Of a stretch of DNA of 64,000 bases, positions 37,728 to 48,200 are shown piece after piece. This DNA is from Candidatus Latescibacterota bacterium (GTDB lineage Bacteria > Latescibacterota > UBA2968 > UBA8231). Made by a program: the position numbers and the translations under genes. The notes under the pieces are model-generated. The model ran no database searches. It was not told where the DNA came from and saw nothing but the letters and a program-made list of their open reading frames with translations. The stretch is from the NCBI GenBank assembly GCA_965206595.1, contig OZ242214.1, positions 5,856,001 to 5,920,000 of the forward strand. Reading direction: 5' to 3'. How positions within the stretch are numbered: the stretch's first letter is position 1; each line of letters begins with the position of its first letter.

Positions 37728-39843
37728 ATGTCCCAACTCGAACATATCGACGCCATCGAGAAGCGCCTCTGGGAAGCGGCGGACACGCTGCGGGCAAACT
37801 CCCCATACGCCAGCAACGAGTACTTCCTGCCGGTCATGGGCCTGGTGTTTCTGCGCCACGCCTACAGCCGCTACCTGGCGGTCAAGGACAAAGTCGAAGC
37901 CAGCCTGCCGACCCGGGGCGGCAGGAAACGGGCGCCGACCAAGGAGGACTATTCCCGGCAGAGCGCCATCTTCCTGCGCCCCGAGGCCCAATTCGACAAT
38001 CTGGTTGGCCTGCCGGACGGAGAGGACCGCGCCAAGGCCGTCATCGCGGCGATGGACTCCATCGAGGAGGATTACCACAGCCTGCGCGGCGCCCTTCCCA
38101 AGGCCGAGTACCAGGAGCTGGACAACGACGTGCTCGGCCAGCTCCTGCGCACGCTCAACCCCGACCAGCTGAAGCAGGTCTCGGGCGACGTTTTCGGACG
38201 CATCTACGAGTATTTCCTGACCAAGTTTGCGGATTTGAAAGCCCACGACGACGGCGAGTTCTTCACCCCCGTGTCGCTGGTCTCGCTGATCGCTCATGTG
38301 CTCGACCCCGACCGCGGCACCGTGCTCGACCCGGCCTGCGGTTCCGGCGGCATGTTCGTGCAGAGCGCCCGCACCGTGGAGGAGCACGGCAGCAGCCCTG
38401 CCGAGCGGCTTACCTTCCGCGGCCTGGAGAAGAACGCCACCACCATCCGCATCGCCCGGATGAACCTCGCCGTCCACGGCCTCGAGGGGGACATCCGGCA
38501 GGCGATCACCTACTACGAGGATCCGCATCAAATGGTGGGAAAGGCCGACTACGTGATGGCCAATCCTCCCTTCAACGTCGACGAGATCGACGCCGACAAG
38601 GTGGAGACCGACCCGCGCCTGCCGTTCGGCCTGCCGGGAGTCAACAAGAAGGAGAAGGTCTCGAACGGCAACTACGTCTGGATCAGCTACTTCTACAGCT
38701 ACCTGAACGAGAAGGGGCGGGCCGGCTTCGTCATGTCGTCGCAGGCATCCAGCGCCGGCGGGACCGAGGCGCAGGTGCGGCGGAAGCTGATCGAGTCCGG
38801 CGACGTCGACGTGATGATCGCGGTGCGCTCCAACTTCTTCTACACCCGCACCGTGCCCTGCGAGTTGTGGTTCCTCAACCGCAACAAGCCCGGGGAGTTT
38901 CGCGACAAGGTGCTGATGATCGACGCCCGCGATGTCTATCGAAAGGTCACCCGCAAGATCTACGACTTCAGCCCCGAGCAGGAGCAGAACCTGCTGGCCA
39001 TCGTCTGGCTCTACCGGGGCGAAACGGAGCGCTATCTCGATCTCGTCTCCCAGTACCTGTGGGACGTTGCCGAGAATGGAAGGGCCTGTTACGAAGGGAT
39101 GAGCGTAAACGGCAGGACCTGCCGGCCGCTGCCGGAGTTCATGGAAGCCGTCGCCGCGCTCCGGGAGGACCTGTCCCCGTTCCTGAAGACCCGGCCGAGG
39201 ATCGGCCCGCACGCCGAAATCTTCGCCGAGCTGGCGAAGGAGCAGAAGCAGTTCGGAGGCATCCTCAGGAGGTTCCAGGCTCGGGCCGCCAAGGCGCAGG
39301 AACAGTGGGAGCGGGCTCCCGGCACCAGCGCCGGATTGAACAAGCTGGTGGAGCGGTTCGCACCGGCTGGCTGAGAGCAGCCGCGACCTCGCCGGGCAGT
39401 CCGACCAGCTCTACAAGCTCGCCAACCGCCTGATCGAGACCTGCGAGCAGGAGGAGGACGCGAAGGCGAGCGACGCCTGGAACGGCCGCGGTATTACCCG
39501 GGCCAGGAAAGCGGTCGACGATGCCCGCCGGCAGGCCATCGAGCAGCTCGAACAGGTGCACTACTTCCACCGGCAGGCGCGCTGGCTCACGGAGCGCTTC
39601 CCCGAGGGAGAGTTGCGCGACGTGGAAGGGCTGGTCAAGCTGGTGGACCGCGCCGAGATCGAGGCCAACGACTGGAGCCTGACTCCGGGCCGCTACGTCG
39701 GCGTCGCCCCCGAGGAGGAGGAGGAAGGGTTCGACTTCAAGGAAGCACTTCGAGAGATCCACCTTGAGCTGGAGGACCTCAACGCCGAGGCAGTGGTGCT
39801 GGCGGAGAAGATCAGAAAGAACTTCGAGGAGCTGGGGGTATGA
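37728..39843 (+). pseudogene. hsdM: Type I RM HsdM (second system), +1 frameshift at about 39366
   Basis: LWEAADTLRANS, GEFFTP, DPACGSGGMF, NPPF intact. After an extra G the frame continues LAESSRDL...WSLTPGRYVG...FEELGV*. Confidence 0.92.
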
Positions 39844-39904
39844 AGAAGCGAACCAATCTGCGGCCGGGGGGTTTCGGCGCGGCACACTGGCACTGCCGCC
39901 ATAA

Positions 39905-40166
39905 GAAACAGGCTGTTGCACAATTGAACGAGGCACCCCAATACCGGATCACCCCCCAGATACGGTCCCTGGTGGATCGGATCGGGGAGGGCATAGGGCG
40001 GGGCGAAGGCTTCCGGCGTTGCGCAGGACCTGCGGGTTCGGTGTATCAACCGCCCACCAGAGCGCGAACTCTTCCGCCGACCGGGAGAGCTCGGCGGAAG
40101 AGTTCGGCCTTTATCGTATTCATGCTGGAGATCAACCCGTTTGCGGTGCCGGGGGATCAGACATGA
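39905..40166 (+). pseudogene. Fic remnant (copy 3): 5' end fused to 3' end, catalytic core deleted
   Basis: 39905-40053 matches 35343-35490; 40082-40166 matches 36030-36116. Confidence 0.85.
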
Positions 40167-40302
40167 GGGACAGCTACTGCGGGGACTTTCTCACCATCTG
40201 TCGAAACGACCTTGGAAAGAGCGCATTTACAGTTGATGGATGTGTGCGAGGGGTCATATTGATGACCGTACGCATCCTATGGGGTCCAACGGAGTTTGAT
40301 CG

Positions 40303-41448
40303 ATGAAATGGACACCTCGAACTCTTGATGAACTTGGCTACGTTAGCCGGGGCAGGTCTCGGCACAGGCCAAGGGATGCCGCCCACCTTTACGGCGGCCC
40401 TTACCCTTTCATCCAGACAGGGGATATAAAACACGCAAGTCTCTATGTAAATAGTTACTCGCAGACCTACACGGAGGCCGGACTTGCCCAGAGTCGTCTC
40501 TGGAAAGCGGGAACACTATGCATAACGATTGCCGCAAATATTGCGGACACGGCGATTCTCGCCATTGATGCCTGCTTTCCAGACAGCGTTATCGGCTTCA
40601 TCCCCGACAATGAGAAAGCCGATGCCCGTTTTCTCAAATACCTGTTTGATGCGACGATTCAGAAACGAATCAAGCAGTTCACTCAAGGCGCCACGCAGGA
40701 CAACCTTAGCCAAACCAAGCTCCTGTCACTCCAATTCCCCATTCCAGACGTGGCGGAACAACTCCGTATTGCCGACCTCCTGTCAGCCTACGACGACTTG
40801 ATGGAGAAGAACCGGCGCCGGATTCAGTTGCTGGAGCACGCTGCGCGACTGCTCTACAAGGAGTGGTTTGTCCATCTTCGCTTCCCTGGAAATGAGAACG
40901 TCAAGATCAAGGACGGTGTGCCGGAGGGATGGGAGAGGAAGACGTTGGGCGATTTAGTAGAGGTGACAAAGGGAAGGAACATTACCAAAAATTCAGCTAA
41001 GGATGGCTCTGTGCCCGTTGTTGCTGGGGGCTTATCTCCAGCCTATTATCACGATACGGCCAATGCGGTTGGACCAGCCATCACTATTAGTGCATCTGGA
41101 GCCAACGCCGGATACGTGAACCTCTACTACGAGGACATTTGGGCATCTGACTGCTCTTATATCAGTACTACATCAACGGATCGTCTGTATTACCTTTACT
41201 TACTCCTCAAGTCGAAACAGAGGGAGATCTTGGGATTCCAGAAGGGCGCAGCACAGCCTCACGTTTACCCAAAGGACTTGAAAAGGTTGCCGTTGTTGGC
41301 TCCAAAGAATATCGTCGTGAATATGTTTGAAGAATCAGTAGTGGCAGACAATTTTCATCAAAAGGTCTTGGTCGAACAAAACAAACTACTGGTGCAAGCC
41401 CGAGACCTGCTTCTGCCGCGTTTGATGAGTAGAAAGGTGGCGGTATGA
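40303..41448 (+). CDS. hsdS: Type I RM specificity subunit HsdS (second system)
   Basis: EQ.RIADLLSAYDDL.E.NRRRI.LLE...LYKEWFV.LRFPG, VPEGWE, ARDLLLPRLMS. Confidence 0.95.
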   Translation: MKWTPRTLDELGYVSRGRSRHRPRDAAHLYGGPYPFIQTGDIKHASLYVNSYSQTYTEAGLAQSRLWKAGTLCITIAANIADTAILAIDACFPDSVIGFIPDNEKADARFLKYLFDATIQKRIKQFTQGATQDNLSQTKLLSLQFPIPDVAEQLRIADLLSAYDDLMEKNRRRIQLLEHAARLLYKEWFVHLRFPGNENVKIKDGVPEGWERKTLGDLVEVTKGRNITKNSAKDGSVPVVAGGLSPAYYHDTANAVGPAITISASGANAGYVNLYYEDIWASDCSYISTTSTDRLYYLYLLLKSKQREILGFQKGAAQPHVYPKDLKRLPLLAPKNIVVNMFEESVVADNFHQKVLVEQNKLLVQARDLLLPRLMSRKVAV

Positions 41449-42218
41449 GCGTATCCTACCCAACCAAACTTCGCCTAGCTTATCGAAGCGGGGACAGATG
41501 CGCCCTTCCCGGTTGTGGGCAGCAATTATCGCCAACGGGCGAAGGCGGCATTCCTAGCAATGTGGGAGAGTACGCACATATCGCCGGAGAACATAGCGGT
41601 AGAGTACGGGGCCATCGGTCCGCTCGCTACGATCCAAATATGACTGAAGAGGAGAGGAACGGCTACCACAACCTGATTTATTTATGTGCGAACTGCCACA
41701 GAAGAATAGACGCTATTCCACAGGGAGAACCAGACTATCCTGTGGAACGTCTCCAGGAGATCAAAGCCGAGCATGAGCTAAGGGTTAGCGAGGCAATGGC
41801 TGAGGCATTCGCAGATGTCGGCTTCCCTGAACTAGAAGAAGCCACTCTATGGATCATGCAACTTATTCCTCAACAACCGGATAGTGACTTCACGGTAATT
41901 GCACCCGAAGACAAACTAAAGAAGAACGAATTAGGAAACGCCTCTCGAAATATCATCACAATGGGCCTCAGTGTTTCGCGGGAGGTTCGAGCATTTATTG
42001 AAAATACAGCACAGGAAGATCATAATTTTCCAGAACGTCTGAAGTCAGGATTTCTTGAGGAGTACTACCGACTGAAGAAAGAGGGGCATTCAGGGGATGA
42101 TCTTTTCGACTTGATGTGTCGATTTGCACAAAGAGGCTTCACAGAGGAAACAAAGAGGTCTGCTGGGAAGGCAGTGATGATTTACCTATTTGAGACTTGT
42201 GAGGTGTTTGAGAAATGA
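41445..42218 (+). CDS. lmuA: Lamassu/ABC-3C effector (LmuA-like): HNH-type nuclease plus C-terminal domain
   Basis: RC..P.C, AHI, NLIYLCANCH..ID; C-terminal YLFETCEVFEK; first of a three-gene ATGA-coupled set. Confidence 0.82.
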   Translation: MSVSYPTKLRLAYRSGDRCALPGCGQQLSPTGEGGIPSNVGEYAHIAGEHSGRVRGHRSARYDPNMTEEERNGYHNLIYLCANCHRRIDAIPQGEPDYPVERLQEIKAEHELRVSEAMAEAFADVGFPELEEATLWIMQLIPQQPDSDFTVIAPEDKLKKNELGNASRNIITMGLSVSREVRAFIENTAQEDHNFPERLKSGFLEEYYRLKKEGHSGDDLFDLMCRFAQRGFTEETKRSAGKAVMIYLFETCEVFEK

Positions 42219-42442
42219 TTCTTCCGTCGAAGCACATTTCCCAAGACCAATCACTGATCGGCGTCGGTGCTATTCTACTAAAGAAGATTGGTAGGCCCCA
42301 GACCGTAACCAGCCTTTGGGAGACCGTCCGCGAGGAAGATGCGATAGGTACGTTTGAACGGTTTGTACTAGCGCTTGACATGCTTCACATCGCCGGAGCT
42401 GTAGCCTTGGAAAATGGCCTGATCGTAAAGGTGAAAAAATGA
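42215..42442 (+). CDS. lmuC: Lamassu/ABC-3C middle component (LmuC-like)
   Basis: 75 aa MILPSKHI...SLIGVGA...FERFVLALD.L; lies between effector and ATPase. Confidence 0.82.
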   Translation: MILPSKHISQDQSLIGVGAILLKKIGRPQTVTSLWETVREEDAIGTFERFVLALDMLHIAGAVALENGLIVKVKK

Positions 42443-44199
42443 TCCATAGTATTACCGCTAACCACTCCTCATTCAATCCCGTCGAATTCACGTCGGGCTT
42501 GAACGTGATCTTAGCAGATCGCACTGAAACTTCGACACAAAAAGACACACGAAATGGTCTTGGTAAGTCTACACTAATTGAAATTATCCACTTCTGCCTA
42601 GGCTCCAACGTTCAAAAAGGTCAAGGGCTTTCAATAGAGCCACTACGGGATTGGGAGTTCACCTTGGAGATTACACTCGCGGGTAACCGTGTGAAAGTAA
42701 CTCGCGCCGTTGCTAGATCTAATATTTTTGTCATAGATGGCACGACGACTGGTTGGATTGATCAACCTGATTGTGAGGATATGTTTGGAAAGAAACCAAT
42801 CAGATTAAAATTGGATCAATGGAGGGCACTCTTGGGGAGGGCACTATTTGGGTTATCGCCATCTGACGAACCCCATAGTTACACGCCGTCTTTTCGGAGT
42901 CTGCTTTCTTATTTTATAAGATTGGGGAATGACGCTTATGATGATCCCTTCCGAAATACGCGACAGCAGCAACCGTGGAACGTTCAGCTCCATGTCGGAT
43001 TTCTTCTTGGCTTGAACTGGGAGAACGCGGCGAGATGGCAGGAGCTTAAGGACCAGGAGAAAGGCGTGAAGGCATTTAGTCAAGCAATCAAGTCTGGTGT
43101 CACGGAATATGCACGGGGTTCGGTTGGCGAATTGGAGGCTGAGCGTGTTCAGTTGGAAAGTCAATTAGAGCAGGAGTCCCATGCACTACAAAATTTCAAG
43201 GTTCACCCTCAATATGAGTCTATTCAGCAAGAAGCGGACCGGGCCACAGCGATCATTCACAACTTAACTAATGATAACGTCGTTGGTCGCAGACGATTGG
43301 CACGCTATAGGGAATCTGTTGCAGCGGAAAAGCCCCCATCGGATACCGCAATCGATGAACTGTATAAGGAGGCAGGCGTTGTTTTTTTTGAAGCGACTCG
43401 TCGCACTCTAACGGAAGCGAAGGAATTTCATTCTAAGATCGTGGAGAACAGGCGAGCTTTCCTTGAGATGGAAATCGTACGCTTGGAACGACAAATTGAG
43501 AATAGAAACAATGACATCAGAAAATGGACCGACACCAGGGCTACTTCGCTGGAAATCCTAAGAACACATGGTGCTCTACAAGAGCTGACCAAGCTACAAG
43601 AGCGCCATGCAGGTACGCGAGAAAGACTGGAAAGTACACGTACGCGAATTTCAGAAATTAGGAATTTGACGGCGCAGAAGCGTAAGGTTCTAGTTGAGAA
43701 GACCGAACTAGCTCAGATTACCGAGCGGGATCACGAGCAACGCCGAGACGTTTGGAACACTCCAGTACGTTTCTTCAACGACAATTCTCAAGCTTTATAC
43801 CAAACACCTGGACACTTGGTGATTGACATCGGTAGAGCCGGTTTCAAATACGATGTCGAGATAAACAGGAGCGGCAGTGAAGGCGTCAATAAGATGAAAA
43901 TATTTTGCTTCGATTTGATGCTCGTGCAGCTCACGCCGATACGGAACAATCCAATTGATTTTCTGATTCATGACAGTGGTCTTTACGATGGCGTTGACTC
44001 TAGGCAGCGGGCCCTTGCGCTTGAGCGCGCATGTGAAGTGTCCGAGGCAACCGATACACAATATATTTGCACACTTAATTCTGATATGGTTCCGCGAGAT
44101 GACTTCAGTCCCGGATTTTACTTCGATAAATATGTCAGACTGACGCTTACTGACAAGAATCCCTCCGGCAGTCTTCTTGGCTTTCAGTTCGAGATGTAA
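42439..44199 (+). CDS. lmuB: Lamassu/ABC-3C SMC-like ABC ATPase (LmuB-like, DUF2326)
   Basis: Walker A NGLGKST, long coiled coil, GSEG signature, Walker B FLIHDS, DGVD.RQ, QYI.TLN. Confidence 0.88.
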   Translation: MIHSITANHSSFNPVEFTSGLNVILADRTETSTQKDTRNGLGKSTLIEIIHFCLGSNVQKGQGLSIEPLRDWEFTLEITLAGNRVKVTRAVARSNIFVIDGTTTGWIDQPDCEDMFGKKPIRLKLDQWRALLGRALFGLSPSDEPHSYTPSFRSLLSYFIRLGNDAYDDPFRNTRQQQPWNVQLHVGFLLGLNWENAARWQELKDQEKGVKAFSQAIKSGVTEYARGSVGELEAERVQLESQLEQESHALQNFKVHPQYESIQQEADRATAIIHNLTNDNVVGRRRLARYRESVAAEKPPSDTAIDELYKEAGVVFFEATRRTLTEAKEFHSKIVENRRAFLEMEIVRLERQIENRNNDIRKWTDTRATSLEILRTHGALQELTKLQERHAGTRERLESTRTRISEIRNLTAQKRKVLVEKTELAQITERDHEQRRDVWNTPVRFFNDNSQALYQTPGHLVIDIGRAGFKYDVEINRSGSEGVNKMKIFCFDLMLVQLTPIRNNPIDFLIHDSGLYDGVDSRQRALALERACEVSEATDTQYICTLNSDMVPRDDFSPGFYFDKYVRLTLTDKNPSGSLLGFQFEM

Positions 44200-44339
44200 A
44201 GTGAAGGGTAGATTTACAGTCTCTGGTCTCATAGACGCAATGGTCAATGGAAAGGGTATCTCCAGATTGACCTTTTCCCATCTGAAGATCAGGAGGCCAG
44301 GGTCAACCTTGATGAAATGAGAAAACAAGGAGGTGACCC

Positions 44340-45236
44340 GTGAACATACGCGAGTACCACCAACTCCAGGCGGAACGGACCACCCTGGATGATTTGCTCG
44401 AGCGGCTACCCCCGGAAAATGTGATCGAACGAACCGGTCTGGAATTCCGGAAGAAGGAGGTGGATGAAGCACTCGCTTCGCGTCCGGAGCCCTCCAGAAA
44501 CCCCACCCGGGTGTGTCTGACCTTTCGCGGAAAACCCATCGCAGGATCCCATGGGATTTTCGCGGATTTCGGGGCGGAGGCCGTTCAGGCATTTACGAAT
44601 ATGGTTGCCACCATGGGCGCCAGCCAACATGCACCGCTCGGGTCGCGTGGTGCGATACCCAACCGTGAGGAGTACCGCCTGCTGATTACCGGCACGGCAT
44701 CAGGATCGTTCGGTTTCGAGCTGGAAGAGGCCAGGTATGACCTCTTTCCCGAATCTTCTCCGGTCGAGTCCGCAATTGTCCAAACAATGACAATTCTTGA
44801 GGCTACGGTTGGAGCAGACGAAGTATTGGCGAATGCCGTTTCCGAAGCCGACCCGCGAGCGCTTGAGGCGCTGCGTGGGTTCTTGGAAACGATGGCGGAT
44901 CAAGACGCGGTGTGCACGGTTGAATTCAACGACGATGTTTTCCGGTTTGTGGACGTTGGCCAGGTCCGACGAAGCGAAAGCCGCCTGAGTCCGGAGAACA
45001 TTCATGAAGAAGTGCGGGAAATCACAGGGCGCATTATTGGGGTATTGCCCTTCCGTCGTACGTTCGAATTTCTGGAAGATGAAACAGGAGAATTGATCTC
45101 GGGCCGGATCGATCGCGCTATCGAAGATGCTGCGGAAATTGATCAGTTTCTCAACAGATCCTTGAAGATCCGCGTGGATTCCAAACAGGTAGGAACAGCA
45201 AGGCCTCGTTACGTCCTTTTGGAATACGACATATAA
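44340..45236 (+). CDS. Hypothetical protein inside the RM locus
   Basis: AAGGAGG RBS plus GTG; 298 aa open frame; no named motif recognised. Confidence 0.8.
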   Translation: MNIREYHQLQAERTTLDDLLERLPPENVIERTGLEFRKKEVDEALASRPEPSRNPTRVCLTFRGKPIAGSHGIFADFGAEAVQAFTNMVATMGASQHAPLGSRGAIPNREEYRLLITGTASGSFGFELEEARYDLFPESSPVESAIVQTMTILEATVGADEVLANAVSEADPRALEALRGFLETMADQDAVCTVEFNDDVFRFVDVGQVRRSESRLSPENIHEEVREITGRIIGVLPFRRTFEFLEDETGELISGRIDRAIEDAAEIDQFLNRSLKIRVDSKQVGTARPRYVLLEYDI

Positions 45237-45272
45237 CGGCATTTGATCCTTGGATCCCCCAAGCATAGGGCT

Positions 45273-48200
45273 ATGACCCCGACTCCCTATACCGAGGACA
45301 GCCTCGTCCAGCAGACCACCGCCAACTACCTGGAGCAACGCCTGGGCTGGGAGTCAATCTACGCCTACAACCACGAGGACTCCGGTCCCGGCAGCCTGCT
45401 CGGCCGCGCCTCCGGCCGCGAGGTAGTGCTGGAGCGGACGCTTCGCGCGAACCTCGCGGAGCTGAATCCGGGCCTGCCCGCATCCGCATACGACGACGCG
45501 GTGCGGCAGATCACCGCTGTCTCCGCCTCCCAGACCCTCGTCGCCGCCAACCGTGAGAAGTACAAGCTGGTACGGGACGGCCTGCAGGTGGTCTTCACCA
45601 ACGACCGGGGCAAGCGGAAGACACGCCTCCTGCGGCTGTTCGACTTCGCCGAGCCGGCCAACAATCATTTCCTGTGCGTGCGCGAGCTGTGGGTGCAGGG
45701 GGATCTCTACCGCCGCCGCGCCGACATCGTCGGCTTCGTCAACGGCCTGCCGTTGCTGTTCATCGAGTGCAAGAACATCCACCGCGACCTCAAGGCCGCC
45801 TTCGAGGGGAACTACTCCGACTACCGCGACACCATTCCCCACCTCTTCCACCACAACGCAGTGGTGATGTTCGCCAACGGCGAGAAGGCGAACATCGGCT
45901 CCATCACCAGCCGCTGGGAACACTTCTACGAGTGGAAGCGCCTGGCCGAGGAGGAGCCGGGTGTGGTCGACATGGAGACGCTGCTCAAGGGGGTCTGCGA
46001 CAAGCGCAACTTCATGGACTTGGTGGAGAACTTCATCCTCTTCGACGATTCGACGGGAGAGACGCGGAAGATTCTGGCCCGCAACCACCAGTTCCTCGGC
46101 GTGAACCGGGCCGTCGAGGCGGTGCGCGACCGCGAGAAGCGGCAGGGCCGGCTCGGCGTCTTCTGGCATACCCAGGGAGCGGGCAAGAGCTACTCGATGG
46201 TGATGTTCACCCGCAAGGTTCATCGCAAGCTGGGGGGCAACTTCACCTTCCTGGTGCTGACCGACCGGGACGATCTCGACCGCCAGATCTACAAGACCTT
46301 CGCCGGCTGCGGCGTGGTGGATCACGATCGCGACCCCTGCCGGGCCGCGGACGGAAAGCACCTCGGCCGGTTGATGGCCGAGCACAAGTCCCACGTCTTC
46401 TCGCTGATCCAGAAGTTCAACCTGGACCCGGGCGCCGGCTACACGATGCGCGGGGACATCATAGTCATCAGCGACGAGGCGCACCGCACCCAGTACGGCA
46501 CCCTGGCGCTCAACATGCGCAACGCCCTGCCAAACGCCGGCTACATCGGCTTTACGGGCACGCCGCTGTTCACCGAAGATGAGATCACCCGTCGCGTCTT
46601 CGGCGAGTACGTCTCGACCTACGACTTCCAGCGCGCGGTGGAGGACGAGGCCACGGTGCCGCTCTACTACGACGCCCGCGGCGACAAGCTGGGCGTTGCC
46701 ATCGGCGACCTGAACGAGCGCATCGCCGACAAGCTGGATGAGTTCGACATCGAGGACGTCGACGTGGAGCAGCGCCTGGAGCAAGACCTGAAGCGGGACT
46801 ATCACGTCGTCACCGCGGGCAGGCGTCTCGACCAGGTAGCGCGGGACTTCGTGCAGCACTATTCCGCGGCCTGGGAGACCGGAAAGGCGATCCTGGTCTG
46901 TATCGACAAGATCACCTGCGTGCGCATGCATGGGCTGATCGAGCGCTATTGGAACGAGCGCATCGAGGAACTGGAGGAGGAGAAGAAGTGGACTGACGAC
47001 GAGCAGGAGGAGATTTATCTCCAGCGGCAGATCGAGTGGACGCGGGAGACCCGCATGGCCGTGGTGGTGAGCGAGGATCAGGGGGAGGTGGCGAAGTTCC
47101 GCAAGTGGGAGCTGGACATCACCCCGCACCGGAAGCTCATCAAGAATGGTATGGAACTGCCCGAGTCGATGCGCCGCAAGCCGCAGTTCCGCCGCAAGCA
47201 GCGGATGGCGGTCGACGAAGCCTTCAAGGCGGAGGAGCATCCGTTTCGCATCGCCATCGTTTGCGCCATGTGGCTGACCGGTTTCGACGTGCCGAGCCTT
47301 TCCACGCTCTACCTCGACAAACCGCTCAAAGCCCACACCCTTATGCAGGCCATCGCCCGCGCAAACCGGGTCAACGAGGGCAAGAACAACGGCCTGATCG
47401 TCGACTACTGCGGCATCCTCAGGCACCTGCGCAAGGCCCTGGCGACCTTTGCCGGTACCGCCGACGGAGGAGGAGGTGGTGGCGGTCCCGGTCAAGAGAT
47501 TGATCCTGTGCAACCGGGAAAGGAGCTGCTCGCTGGCCTCGCCGAAGCGATTGCCATGGTGCGCGCTTTCCTCGAAGAACGCCGTGCGCCGCTCGACGAT
47601 GTCATCCATAAGACCGGCTTCGAGCGCAACGCCGCCATCGTGGCCTGCAAGGAAGCGGCCAACGAGAACGACGAGACCCGCAAGCGCTTCGAAGTGATCT
47701 GCCGCGAGGTTTTCAGGAAGTTCAAGGCCTGCATCAACCTGCGGGGCGTCAACGCCTACCGGGGGGATCGCGCCGCCATCGACGCCGTCTACCGGAGCCT
47801 CCAGCAGGACCGCGAGCAGGCCGACATCACCGACATCATCCGCGCCCTGCACGGAGTGGTGGACGAGGCCATCGACCTGCGGCAGGAACGCACTAGGGAT
47901 AGTCATCGGGATCCGTTGGACATCAGCCGGATCGACTTCGACCGGCTCAAGCGGGAGTTCGAGGGCAGCCCCGCCAAGCGGACGACAGTGCAGTCCCTCA
48001 AGGAGGCAGTGGAGGAGAGGCTCCGGCGCCTTTTGGCCCGCAACCCGCTACGGACCGACTTCCAAAGACATTTCGAGGAGATAGTCAGAGAGTACAACCG
48101 GGAGAAGGAGCGGGTGACCATCGAGCATACCTTCGAGGCATTGCTCAACCTCGTGAAGGAGCTGGATGAGGAGGAAAAGCGGGCCTTGAACATGGGATTG

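Noticed and set aside
33050-40300. Integron or IS-mediated cassette array
   Set aside because: No integrase or transposase and no attC-type RYYYAAC...GTTRRRY sites recognised; the repeats are gene-derived.
47465-47486. Poly-Gly tract in hsdR2
   Set aside because: Mixed codons, in frame; an ordinary flexible linker.
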